The translations under genes and the position numbers were made by a program. DNA of 63,881 nucleotides, counting the filler, from Platydemus manokwari (lineage: Eukaryota), in NCBI GenBank assembly GCA_037951405.1. It is 6 parts of 6 records of this genome, joined end to end, with 100 filler letters (N's around TTAATTAATTAA, not from the genome) between each part and the next. Parts side by side here need not be neighbours in the genome. Positions count along the whole stretch, not along the records: positions 34,156 to 43,279 come from JBBMOY011275539.1; positions 43,380 to 54,988 come from JBBMOY010567774.1; positions 55,089 to 63,881 come from JBBMOY011329094.1; 3 more parts are not named here. One strand, written 5' to 3'. Numbering within the stretch: position 1 is the first letter of the stretch; every line of letters begins with the position of its first letter. A model generated the notes under the pieces. That model was not told the DNA's origin. It searched no databases and saw only the letters and a list, made by a program, of their open reading frames with translations. Shown here piece after piece: positions 42,141 through 55,329 of the stretch.

Positions 42141-43279
42141 CATGATCGATGCTTAGTAAACTGAACTTAATATAATAAATCGAATGAATTTTCTAAAATT
42201 CATAAAATAAATCAAATGAATTTTTAGTAAAAACATAAAATTAATTTTTAAATCATTGTGAAAAAATAAAAATATTTTAAATTTCCTTAATAGAATTTCC
42301 ACTTTTAAAATAGTATAAATAAACTGCAAAATTAGAATCTCGACTTCGGTTTATAAACGGTTGGCAAGGAAAAATCTTAATCAAAAAACTCAACGAAAGA
42401 AAACTGCATATTGTTATCCGACTATATAGAAATGGGAGTAAATAGAAAAAAATTCACAAGAGATGATTATAAGACATTTTGGCAATATTGGATTTTGTAT
42501 AAGAAGGGACAAATTTCAAATGTGCGAATTTAAAGAGTATTTTCTGATTGATACCATGTAATAAAATCTATATATTTAAAATATCAGATTATATCGATAA
42601 ATTCATTAAAGTTCAATTCGTAAATTCCAAACACAAAATCATTTTAGCTAAAATTATTTTTATATATTATATATTTTATATATTATTATTTTTATATATT
42701 ATAAATTATTTTACTACAACATAAAAATAATTAAAATTTCATACTTATCTGGTCGAGTCATGTTGGTAATAGTGCAGGCATCAAACATTGTTGTCATATA
42801 GGAAATTTCGATGAGTATAGTAATGAGCAGTGATTTTGTGACATGCTTAATATACCATTTTTCAATGGAGTTGCTTACAAAGTATTTAGAAAAATTTAAA
42901 ATTAGCCATTCTTGTTGTATCCTATAATTCAATCAAATATGCTTACAGTACTGTCCTGAAAAAATTTATGGATATTTGACTACTAGCTAGTACCCTTAAA
43001 GTGGAATAGAAGGGTTTGTTTATGTTAGTTTTGGAATCAGATTTTTTGCTGGTAAAAAAGTACACGGAAAACTGTTATAAAGCACTAACAAAGTTTGCGA
43101 AATTCATCGAGTCAAGATGGTTTGAATAATTTTAGCGTTTTAATCCGAATTTATATCGGATTTTGAGTCGGGTTCAGTAACGGAAAATATGCTCTGGTGA
43201 CGATCACTACTGGTTATTTTCAACTGCTGATCAGCTGAGTCGGAGGCATGTTTTTGAAACAAAACTACCATCTGATTCG

Positions 43280-43379
43280 NNNNNNNNNNNNNNNNNNNNN
43301 NNNNNNNNNNNNNNNNNNNNNNNTTAATTAATTAANNNNNNNNNNNNNNNNNNNNNNNNNNNNNNNNNNNNNNNNNNNN
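43280..43379. other. Assembly gap linker
   Basis: N-TTAATTAATTAA-N 100-nt spacer. Confidence 0.98.
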
Positions 43380-44631
43380 CTATCGAGTGTTAATTTTCTT
43401 TTGTCATTGAAAATAATGGGGTGGTAGCCAGTGGGCAAAACCACAAATTATTGTTAGTAACTATTCATTCTCTCGTCCACTTCTAATAATTCATACTTTT
43501 TGTAAAAAAAACATTCCGGTATTACATTGTAGGGTCATAAAAATAATGAAATTAAATATTACTCCCATAAGAATATAGCATTCTGAAAATGACCAATAAT
43601 TATGGTTTTAGTGCTTTAATAATTAATGATCTAGCATTATTTGTATATCCCATAATTTATTGTGAAAGAGTAGAAAAAAATATGATGTCGAATGTTTTTC
43701 CTGATAATTAAATTCATCAAAGGTTTCATTACCCTCGATCGATAAACTAATATTAATTAAAATGTATTTTCATATGCCATTTGGTGGACATCAAGCACAT
43801 TGAAATTAATAATTGCAACAATAAGAATATTCATATTGTGGCTGCTCAAGGTTCATTCAATTGACTACCGATTACTTTCTACACACTGAACACGTTAGAA
43901 TAGACAATAAAACAAAATACAAATTAACAAGCCTAATGTGCAAAATCAACAGTTGTCTGATGCCAGTGTAAAATATAATCGATAACAATAAACATTTTGA
44001 CGAATTGCGAAATTCGAAAATACAACCAACGATTGTTTTTTCGATTGTTTTTTTTCACTATACTTTAAATTATTTCTTTTCTATTGATTTGTTTAATAAA
44101 ACAATTAGAATTTAATTCCGTGATCCGAGTCAGTTAAGTAATTTGCAATCGGTAAATGCAACTATGATTTTCTTTTAGTCTCTAAATAACATTTCGTGGC
44201 TCTTCAGACAATTAAAATGTTGGCACCTTGGTTAAAATGTGTGTACGCAATGTCCAGCCATAATCAATGAAATCTTATTAGACTTCGTGGATTTCAATCA
44301 ATATTTATTGAGTTCACCAATTTTCAAATCATACAGTATAAAATGAATTTGATATTTAGATTTTCTTGATTCCACGGAATCACTGTGTTTATGAGCGAAA
44401 AATAATCAATATAAAATAGTTATTTGGTTATAAATATGTAAATAATCTACTCAAATTATCCATTAAATGGTCAATTGATGCATCATCGTATTTTATTCTT
44501 TAATATTGGTTCATCATTTTTCACATTGTGCTGAAGACTTTTATTTGTACTTTAAGCATTTTGATAACGTTTTTGCTACTCTATTGTGATTATCGTCCAT
44601 TTTGACTGTTCACTTTTATTTAGTTGACAAT

Positions 44632-47600
44632 ATGCGAGCTAAACAATGTTCGATGAGACAAATTATTCCAAACCAGGCTTATATCAATAATGGAGTTCCT
44701 TGCAATGTAAGTCTTTTTTATATTTTGCCTATATATATATATATAGGTATATTTCTTAGTAACATGTAACTTATCTTTACAATTCGTGTCGTCATAGTAT
44801 AATTAGATTTGATAGGAAAATATATCTAAAACAAGATAAAAAATTATTTGTGTGTATAATTAAGTTGTGAAATTAAATGAAGTGATGTTTATTATTTTTG
44901 CAGGTTTATAAATCGTCGTATCTTTTGACAATTTTTTATTTTGTTTTTCTTACCATGGCTACGTATTTATTTATCTATATTCTATATTCATCAGTGTAAA
45001 TATAATTTGTGAAATGAAATTATTCTACTCATTGTAAAAGTTGAATCAGTTTAATTTTTGTTTCGCTTCAGTTCTGTCTTATGTTCTTAAAAATGACGGT
45101 TGAATGAAATTAAATGTTTTCTTTTATTTCTATTAATAATTGTCAAATTCAACGACAAAAATCCCTCTATATCGAAACGTTTTAACTGTGATGTTTATGC
45201 TAACACCTGATAAAATTATTTTTATAATGATATCTGGATTTTACACGTATTTTCTCAATATTAACTTTTATATCTTCGAAGATATTCCACTTTTGGAGCT
45301 GAACTCACCACATCAGTACTGTGGACTATCAGTAATTTTTCTAACTCATATGAACACAGCTGATATATTATTTTCATAACTATTGTCATTAGTAACACTA
45401 TCCATAACCATATTCAGTTCAGTTGAGTTTACAAGCAAAAGTTGTAAATAAAGTATCGTTTATTTAATAATAGTAACTATCAGTATACAAATATAATTCA
45501 TAATATAAATATGGGTATCAAGTATATCGTTGATTCATATCATAAACGTTAACAATATTTGCTATCAATGCAATAATAACAATAATTCTTGTATGCATAT
45601 GTTTGGTTTACAATTTGTATGGTCCAAACCTTTCCCTATAATTGTCTTTGACATTCCACCAATTCTTCCCGGTCAATTCGTATTCACTTGATTTTATTCT
45701 CAAACGATAAAATTTTGCGATCTATTGAGTTTTCTTTAATTATTTGAAAGATTTCTTTTAATGAAATCTATGCTAATTATACTCTTGATATATTGATGTA
45801 GTTAATTTACTTTCTTTTATTTGCAACTATACGGTTGTAGTTCTATCACTACAGACTGCAACGCTGCAAACCGGCAATCAAAGATGATATATACAAGATA
45901 AATATATTGAATTATATTTATTTTAATGTTCGTAACTATATATGAACTGATTAATACATAATAAGAGCGAGCTCATCAATATTATCGGATAACTTTTTAT
46001 GCCATCAAAAAGGAGCTCGTAAAATAATTCAGATTGACCAGGCATCTTAGTAGTGCATTAATTTATGTACATTTCGATGGATCTTATTATTTTTATAAAT
46101 TAAAGAATTAAATGAATCCAGATTCCTGTCAAAATTCCCATTTAAATTTTCTTTTCAATGCATTTGGTATTTCGAAATATTTTTTACCAATCTCGAATCA
46201 GATTGATATTAACTTGATAAAGTTTTTCTTAATGTTAGAGAAATTCGACAATAATATGACTAATTTTACTGCCTCACAATAATTTTGAGAAAAATAATTG
46301 GAATTTTTTATTCAAATTATTGATTGTTTTGATACGAAATGATTTTTGCAGTCATTCTTAATTGTAAAAATTGTTTCAAGATTCTCTTTTTTTGCTTTGA
46401 TAATTGCATTATATTTATTTATAATCATATATAAGTTTCTTTATGTATCTGAGTAAAGTCAACAAAAAGAAATCAGTAACGAATTCGTTAATGTTTAGAT
46501 ATTTAAGTAGCTAGATAATTTTTCTGTGCAGAATTGCTGCATCTTAAAAAATCTGACTCAAAATTATATTGAATATGATTTGTTAATATATACCATATAT
46601 GAAGGGTATGTTGATAGATATAGTATGTTGAAGCTACGCGTTAATAGCTTTCCTTAATGATTATCAATTATTAGAAAGATCTCGAATAATAGATTTTTAT
46701 CACGATCAAATCATTTCTCACAATTTGGCACTGCAAATTTTATCCAGCCAATATTTAGGAAAGCATGGTTTGTACTCTACAATTAGCTCAAATAATTATA
46801 TTCGGATAATTGTATTATTAATACTACTAATAGAGAAAAAAAAATCAAAAGATTGTTAGCCTTGATTAAGTCGTTTCCATTTATGCAGAAAATCGAAAAT
46901 TCTTACTATGATTAGAAAGAAAAAGTTGGCTTGAGATTGCCTTCAACTCTTGCTCTGCTGGCATCGTTGTCGGATGAAAATTAACTATCCGCCATTATCA
47001 TTATTAATATTATTATTTCTATCTGCTGCCTCATGGCAACGTGTGTGTATGCGTGATTAATATCTTAATTTGTGTGCCTGTCTGAAATAATAACATTAAA
47101 TGGAATCTGTGGCGGACTTGCCACATAGTATATTTGAACGAATTTTACTCATTGATCTACTTGTATTAAGTTATGTTTGTGTATGCATATTTCTGTGTAT
47201 GGGTAGATTTTTACAATGTTTAAATAATTAATCTTTTCGCTGGCATTGTTTTTCCAATAAAATCTATTGCAAATCATCATTACAATGAGTTAGATTATAT
47301 TGATATTTAACTGTTATTGATTCGTAGCAAAAATAAGGTCACCTATTAATCGATATTGGTTAAATTTATAAAATAAGCTAAAACTGCGAGTAGTGATCAC
47401 GCACAACTACTATTAAGAGTGTAACTAAACTACTCGTGTCAGTTTTTCAACATCGTCATCAATATTTTCAGTATATCATCTCCCTCGCTGTCTGTCTGTT
47501 TCTCCATCTACTTTGATGACAAATATAATCGAGAAAATCGTCATCGAAAATATTAGCTTTGGCCGTTATGCCTATTCACCACCTATCAACCAATTAGCAT

Positions 47601-50600
47601 GGCAAATTCAATATTTTCCTTGTCGAATTTCTGACCGTTGGTCTCTCTCTGTGTCATTTATCTTGGAATGGGGACTGATAAATTTTGTCTCTAATTTTAT
47701 AAAACACACAAAATCGTGCCAGGAAATCTCGTATCTTGTTGTGGTTTTTTCATGTCAAACTAGCAAGCGTGTTTTGTCAGCGTAAATGATAGTTGAGAAT
47801 TGACGAATTCTTGTCAATTTGTTGAGTATAATCTTAATCTTTCTGATATGCTATATTACTTTCTACTTGATTGAATCAGTGAGAAATCCCTCTATTTTTG
47901 CTTTTCCGTTTAGTTACCTGTTCATTTCATTTTAATGTGTTTGTTCGCAACTATGGGAGTGTGTATTTGTGTGTGTGCGTTCAAACTGTGAGTGTGTAAA
48001 CAAACTGTATTTAGATGTGTAGACACATCCCTGTAATTGTCTGTCATTTTCAACATCAAATACGGACATCCACTTGCTAAATTTCACTACTACTACTATT
48101 TTAACTGCAATTACTTATTTAGATATGTCTTACCATAGGCAGGTGGACAAGAAATACAAACAACCTATCATCCACATTTAAAGTTTCTTGTAGTTATGCT
48201 ACTAATGGATTTTTTCATAAATTCAACACACTTTACGCATAAAATCTATTTTGAATCATAAATATAGGCATCGGGTTATGATTTTTCAAGTTTTTTTCAC
48301 TAGCGCGGTCTGATTGTGGTAAGTCCAAAAATAAATTATGGCGTTAAATACCAATTAGTCATACTACGACAATTTATTTCTCTTTGTTTTTCTTTCGTTC
48401 ACTTGTTTAGTTGTTGAAAAGTTTGTTTTCCATTAATGCGTTTTTTCCACCAAATATTTCTATAAATTAACTCATATTACAACAAAAAACAATCTCAATG
48501 TGACAATGAATTCTAGGAAAATCTATCAAATAATTACCTAGAAATGGATTTTTCATTTCCACAGTCCATGAAATGGAGTGTGATGAGAGTTGGAAAGCTT
48601 TAACAAATTCCTTTTATCGAATTATACTATTACATCATCAAGAACAAACAAATATAATTAATATTCCGTAAAATAACTGGGGTGATCGATTTAACTGCTC
48701 AAAGGTGATAATTTTCTGCTTGACCTGCACAGACAATTTTTTTTTACAATCAAGACAGCGTACTTTTCCACTCCAAAAGTACATGCTGGTTAGCATTTTG
48801 AGAAAATTGTGTTGTGGTAAAAACTTGGATCATTAAAGATTAGTTTCAAAATTTATGTTAAAAATTGATGAATAAAAATTTCTCTTATCGAAATTCAAGA
48901 CGAAAATCGTAAAAAATATTGATTTTTCTAATTTTCCAATTAATTTTTTTAGACAGTTGGCTTTTTCTCCAACTTTTCATTTTTAAATTCATAATCGATA
49001 TAAATATTATCATAATTTGTTTTCGTAACAAGAATAATTTCAATTATTATTATATTCAGCGCCAAATATTGAACTCCAACATTCCTGTAGAAACGACCAA
49101 CGACAGAATGCGATTTAATCATCTGTTTCAGATTGCGGAATGCTATAATCCAATAGGTTTGTGCAAAATATTCATCAAACAACAATCATTATATTTATAA
49201 ATATGGCTGAATTTTAGAAAAATTAACATTGCCCGTTGATAATGGAGAAATATGTGGTCCACTTGTGCTATCCAACAATCAAATGATCACCGAATTCAAT
49301 TTCAATTTAACTGAAGAATCACTTAATGAAATCATCCAGAGAGAAGATCTTGATATCGTTCTGTTTTCTCGATTGGCTCAAAAAGACAATTCAATAAATC
49401 TACTGAGATGGCCGCCTGTTATCATCTCGATCAATGATAATCAATTAACGTTGGAAATGAAACATTTTACCAAAATTTCCATTCACCTACCTCAGTACAT
49501 CAAAAATCATTGCGTAGTTGGTAGAAACGTTGTCAAATTTGAAATTTTCGATTCTTCGAAATTTAACATGGTAATTTTTTGTAATTGATTTTTTTCGCTC
49601 AAAAATATTTTTATGATTTTTTAAACATTTTATTATTATTTTTAGAATATTTGTTGTAATATTTAATTTGAATATTGTGATAAAAATTTTATTTTATTTA
49701 TATTTTGGTTTAAAATTAAAAATGCTTTTTATTGATTTTTCATTTTCGTAACCAGGTTTTCATTAAAATTATATTTTTTAATTATTAAATTTTTGATTTG
49801 AAAGATATAATTTTATGGTTTGTGATTTTTATTTGTGAAATTGCTCTGCATATTTTTTTATCGATTTGTTTTAATGGCCGAAAACTTTTATTCAGGCTGC
49901 TTTTCATTTCTACATCTATATGGTACATCGGCCAACGATCGTTAATGCCAAACAATTGGCAATCAACAATGCTTTCATTTCTGATGATTTGACTTTTAAA
50001 TTATTACGGGAAAATTGTTTGGCATTGCATCGAGACTTTGTCCATATTTCCACTCTATGTCCAATAACAAAAAAACGCATTGAAATACCAGCTCGATTGA
50101 AGTGTTGCAATCATTTGCAGCCATTTGATTTGGTTGGTTTTCTCAAAATGCAGGCTCGATGGATGCTCACTACGTGCCCACTTTGCAAGTATGTTCTAAT
50201 TATCGATTAATTAAAAATTTAGCACAACAAAAAATAAATAAAAGATAGTTTTTATAATATATTTTCATTTTCATAATATCTAATATTTAAATCTAAAAAA
50301 TTGGAAAAATTTGGCTAAAATTATTGCGATTTTTAAATTTTCTTTATATTAAAATAAGCATTTTTGATGTCGCAAATATTTAACGGATGCTAAAATCATG
50401 GAAAGAATTGAATAGTTTTATATGGATTTTCAATAAAATTGTGCATAATGTGGTGAATAAATGTGTATATGAGAATATTCAATGGCTAATAATCCATATC
50501 TCTGTTATGGTCATTTTACCATCTAAACATTTGCGTTATATTTATTGATCATATTATTTATTAACCAGAAAATATTGAATAGTTTTTTCCATTATCTTTT

Positions 50601-53600
50601 TAGTTTTTGACTTTTTTGATTTTCTAAATATAAAATCCTTTGATTCGTCTTCATTGCTTTTCATCGACACATATACATTGCTTAGTTTCGCTAAAATGCA
50701 TTTCGCTCTTTTTTAAATTTAAATTAAATAATTGTTATTTTTATCATTGAAAAGAACCGCTTTTTAATAAAAAAAAAACAATGAAGCGGGGTTTTATAAT
50801 TAAAAGATATTCATAGAATATTTTCATAAAAATTTTATACAACAGCATTAAGCATAAACGAAATGTTATTTTCAAACTTAAATAATATAAAAGAGATTTC
50901 CATGGAATATGAGTCTTGTGTTTCAGAAATATGAGCTTGTAAGTAAAAAGTTATCTTGCAGATGCTTTTTCTACTTGTTTAATATAATAAAATATCATTC
51001 AATATGATTGTGTTTTTCAATATCGATTAGTATTATAATATCATTATTAATAGGAAGACAAGATGTAATAATATCGAATTCATAGTTCTGTAAACAGTAT
51101 GTATCTAAAAATAATTTTGTTCATAAAATAATTGTAAGGTCTCGCTTGTTTTATTGTTGATTTTCAATATGATTATCATTTTATCCCTGCGTTCTTTTAT
51201 CGATATTTATCCTAGTGTAATTATCGACATTAATGATTAAATAAATGGAAAAATCTTTTAGACTGAAACGATTGTTCAAGATTTTGTGAAATCCTTTGAT
51301 CTATTTCAAACATTTCCTATCTCTATTAATGAATTAAAAATTTTTCCTTCGGATAATGGGTATATCAGTCATAGCAACCTGTAAATCTCTTGTTCAACAT
51401 GTAATCCCATTATTTCTGTAATAAATAAGTTTTATGAATATCTATCTCAAATCAAAGATTGTTTGAGACGAGTTGAAGCTAATGAATTTGAACATTTTTC
51501 TACGGATGAAAATATTTCATAATTTTGGCCATTTATTAAATCAATAACTCTGTGAGTGAGTGTGTGTAGAGCTTGTAGATGACTGGAATAATATTTTAAC
51601 ATTTCTGAAACTATGTATACAATAAAAAGTGCAACGATAATAATAATTTCCATATTTTTATTCTGGTATTAGTTCCTGTGCGCAGAGTTTACTTGTTCAA
51701 TTGATATCTATAGTAAAGAAAATCAATTGTCAATCATCCATCAACCTGATCGATTGCTATTTTCTTTTATGTCTCGTTTATTTTCTGAAGTTTATCTCAA
51801 GACTGGTTTCGTCGACATTACTTTTTTCTTATTTCTACTTGTTGCCTTATCAGTTTTATATATTATTGCCGTACACCTATCATTCACTACATGCTCAAAA
51901 ATTTGTTCTCGCAAATTTTTGTATTGTTTATTTGAATAAAATGAAAATTATTTATAAAAATATATAAATTTATTTTCAAAATTGATGTTCTACATCTCCT
52001 CGAGATGAAAATTCATCTTAGAAATTGCCTGTCCGTTATATCTGGGATGAAAGTGATAATTTTAATCAGTATTTCTGATTTATTGATTCAAAACATAACA
52101 TTACTAAAATATTAATTGGATTATTTTTCATTTTATTCTTACCAATATTATCGGAATATCCTATTTTAGTAATAGCATGACAGTCAACTTCAATGGGCGT
52201 AATCGGAACATTGTCATTGATAAAATACTCAACTCAATTTTTGAAAAAGTACCGGTTGGATATGATATGGTGAGGGTCAACGTGAATGCTTCATTTAATA
52301 CAATACCGAATTCAATATATCCCGGTATAGAATACAACCAAGGAATGCACCATGGTAATAATGTGATGGTTTCTGGTCATGGCTTGCAACACGTTTCTGA
52401 AATTAATGGTAACATGGTAATGCAGCAGTCACAGACAATGCCTCCGAATTATAGACCCACAGACCAATCTATGAACTTTCAATTAATCAATGGAAATCCA
52501 TACCGAATGATGCACAATCCTATTAATCCTATGTCAATCGATTCTAGGTCAATGCTCGATCTTAATCCACCCGATGAGCAATCTATGCAATCGTGTATGA
52601 AATATCCACACCAAACTCACGTGTACAATAATAGTGATAAGCCACTTGTCAAGAAACCTGTCAAGCGAAAGTTATCTCGGAAATCCACTCCAAAATCCAA
52701 GATTGATGCGAATCCTAATATTGTAAACAACAATCATCAGATATCTAACGGTGCCATTACACCTCCTAGTACCAGAACGTCTTCTGTCGCTAGTACTAGT
52801 TCTCCAGATTCACTCAATGTTCCACATATGAATCTTAAACGTCCTCCAAGTATGTCTTGATACTTCTTCATTAATAATCGATATTTTGTATTATTACTGT
52901 ATTTTATCGATATAAATCACTATTGATCATTCACGATTATTGTTGAGAGATGTGTTCATCATTTAAACATTTAAGTCAGTTACAATGGAGCGTAAGAAGG
53001 TATTTGATAATATATCTGGTACTGAGCATTGGAAATGGTGCGTCAAGATAGCCTGGTTATAAAAAGTTGCTTGAGCTCCTGGATCGGAATAAATTCATCG
53101 ATAAACTCGATTTGAAATTGTCGTTTATTAATGTAGATCCGAGAATAATAATTGAAATAATAATAGTGTGGCGACTAAATGATTTGGTGGTGCTAGAGCT
53201 TACACAGCTGTTGTGGCGATATACTTGTTAATTTGAGAATAGTTAATTTTGTCGTTTTATTAAATAGTAGCAAAGAACGAGTTCCAAAAAATTATGTTTA
53301 GATTGGTGTTTTTAAATTAGGAATATTAAATTTATACCAGTGTGCACATGACTTTTTGATTTGTGGACAAGTGGGTCACTTTTGAGGTATTTCCAAATAG
53401 ATTGGGAAATGTTTGAAAATAACCATAAAATCAATAAAAGATAGTGTGAGCCAATGTTCACGAAAGTCAATTATTGAAAATCCGCTTATTCGGATGGGAT
53501 ATATGTAGCGCATAGAACGTCACTGTGGTGCCAGTTTGAGTCATTTTTATTTAAGTATTGATTTTGTGTTTAAAGCCATGTAATATCAGTTTTCTTTGAT

Positions 53601-54511
53601 TGCCGTATTTTATTTTTTAAAATGCCAATTTTCGAGAATTTTAATTCTTTGATTTATGCGATATTATTTTAGGTATTGATTTACTGTCGAACAATGTTTT
53701 GTCAGATTGCCACTTGTCCACTGGTGATGAGATGGCTTTATTTTCGGCAACTTCCGTTTCGCAAATGAATAATAACAATCTGTCTTTCAATAATCAAACA
53801 CAAATTCATCAACCTCCACAGCAACATTATCAGCATCTCTATCAACTCCCACCCGAATCCAAACCTCTTCCTCCCAACTGGTCAACTCCTGACCAGCTAG
53901 TTATGCAACAACAATTTCAGCAACAGCATTTTCAGCAACAACACCACAAATCTCTACCGCCACAGCATCAGATTCATCAGATCCAGCAACAGCAACAGCA
54001 ACAACAACAACAACAAATACAGCAACAGGAACAACAAGATCACCAGCAACAGTTCATCATGGGATTACCTTCATCGACTCCATCCTTTTATCCTAACCAG
54101 AACTCGATTAATTCGACTTTTCCCAATTCTGTGAAACCAGAATCGATGCATTACCCTTCCGGTCCCGTAAAAACGGAACCTCTCCACTATCCTCTTTCAG
54201 TTAAACAAGAAACTTTGAACAATTATCCTCCGTCTGTCAAAATAGAATCTTCATTGTCATCCGATCATCTTCATCTTCATTCACATCAGAACGTTGTCAT
54301 GGACACCGCCACCCTATCAAATAATAACAACTCATTCACTCATCAACAACTATCTAACTCATCTTGTTCTTCGTCGATTAATAGTTTCGCTGATCACATT
54401 CTGTCAACGTACAACCCAGTCTCCGAAGCCGAAGAGGTGCCCTGGCTCGAAGGATTCAACTTTAGTGATTTACAGGAATCTGTCGATTTGTCGGACATGG
54501 AAGATTTCTGA
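44632..54511 (+). CDS. Divergent ZMIZ/tonalli-like zinc finger MIZ (SP-RING) protein, about 778 aa, with a polyQ tract and acidic C-terminus
   Basis: Phase-consistent exons 44632-44706 (tentative first exon, strong gtaagt donor), 49060-49156, 49218-49570, 49896-50188, 52170-52849 and 53673-54511. LTLPVDNG...REDLD...WP...HCVVGRN...MVHRPT follows the ZMIZ core (LTFPVRDG...RSDLE...NWP...VCQPGRN...LVHRPS). The SP-RING reads CPITKKRIEIPARLKCCNHLQPFD...CPLC. Confidence 0.85.
51260..51940 (-). mobile_element. Possible decayed hAT-type transposase relic in a ZMIZ intron
   Basis: A long antisense frame with scattered stops reads KNLREQIFEHV...TKPVLR...MID...IVSEMLK. It resembles from memory the N-terminal half of KIAA1586-like hAT transposases. 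Confidence 0.35.
53904..54056 (+). repeat. Coding CAA/CAG polyglutamine-rich tract in the last ZMIZ exon
   Basis: QQQFQQQHFQQQHH...QQQQQQQQQQQIQQQEQQDHQQQ. Confidence 0.9.
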
Positions 54512-54988
54512 TGAACTTTTTCATTTATTTATCCAATCTTAATTATAAAAATGGAAAAAAAATAACAATCTATAAATATATATAAAGCAAGAATAAAGAA
54601 ATGTGATTTTTGTGATCTTATTCCTGATTTGTTTATTTTTTTTGTAAACTTGTTTGTATTATCAATATTAAATATTATTTTCATAATTTCTATTCATATA
54701 TTAACAAATCAATATTATCTACGAGGCGCTTGATCTCTGGAAATCCGTTTGAGACAAAAGTATATATATATATATATTATTGGATGATATATAATTATGT
54801 AAAAATTGACAAAGCTTTAATAAATTGTGGATAAAAAATTACAATTTTAGATATCATATTTTGTCAATGGACAAATCGTTGATTTATTGATCTGATTTTA
54901 TATATTTTAATTTAACTGGAATCATTGATATGTACATTCATTAATTATTATTATTATTGCAACTTTATTTGAAATTGTGAACAAATTG

Positions 54989-55088
54989 NNNNNNNNNNNN
55001 NNNNNNNNNNNNNNNNNNNNNNNNNNNNNNNNTTAATTAATTAANNNNNNNNNNNNNNNNNNNNNNNNNNNNNNNNNNNNNNNNNNNN
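54989..55088. other. Assembly gap linker
   Basis: N-TTAATTAATTAA-N 100-nt spacer. Confidence 0.98.
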
Positions 55089-55329
55089 TTAATTGACTCA
55101 CTCCAATTACGAAATCTTTAGAAATATCAAATTCGGGTGCATGATCATTGAGATCTCTAATTTTGATAAACAGTTTTATTTCTCCCGTTCGTTTTGGTAT
55201 TCCTTTATCTGTTGCTATCAGCATCAGTTCATATTTGTCCTTTTCTTCTCTATCAAACGTTTTCATTGTTTTCAAAGTCGGCTTATTATTTGTCATTTGA
55301 AATAGACTGAAATAGTTTTTATCGTTGCC
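55089..55329 (-). CDS. Cadherin/protocadherin extracellular-repeat exon, partial, runs into the gap
   Basis: After a ttttag acceptor it reads GNDKNYFSL...FDREEKDKYELMLIATDKGIPKRTG...IRDLNDHAPEF, with the DRE, AxDxG and DxNDxxPxF calcium-binding motifs. No intact upstream exon was seen, so it could be a pseudogene. Confidence 0.8.

Noticed and set aside
47108-47125. Hairpin TGTGGC-GGACTT-GCCACA as a Helitron 3' end or RNA element
   Set aside because: It has only a 6-bp stem, with no correctly spaced CTRR terminus or other support.
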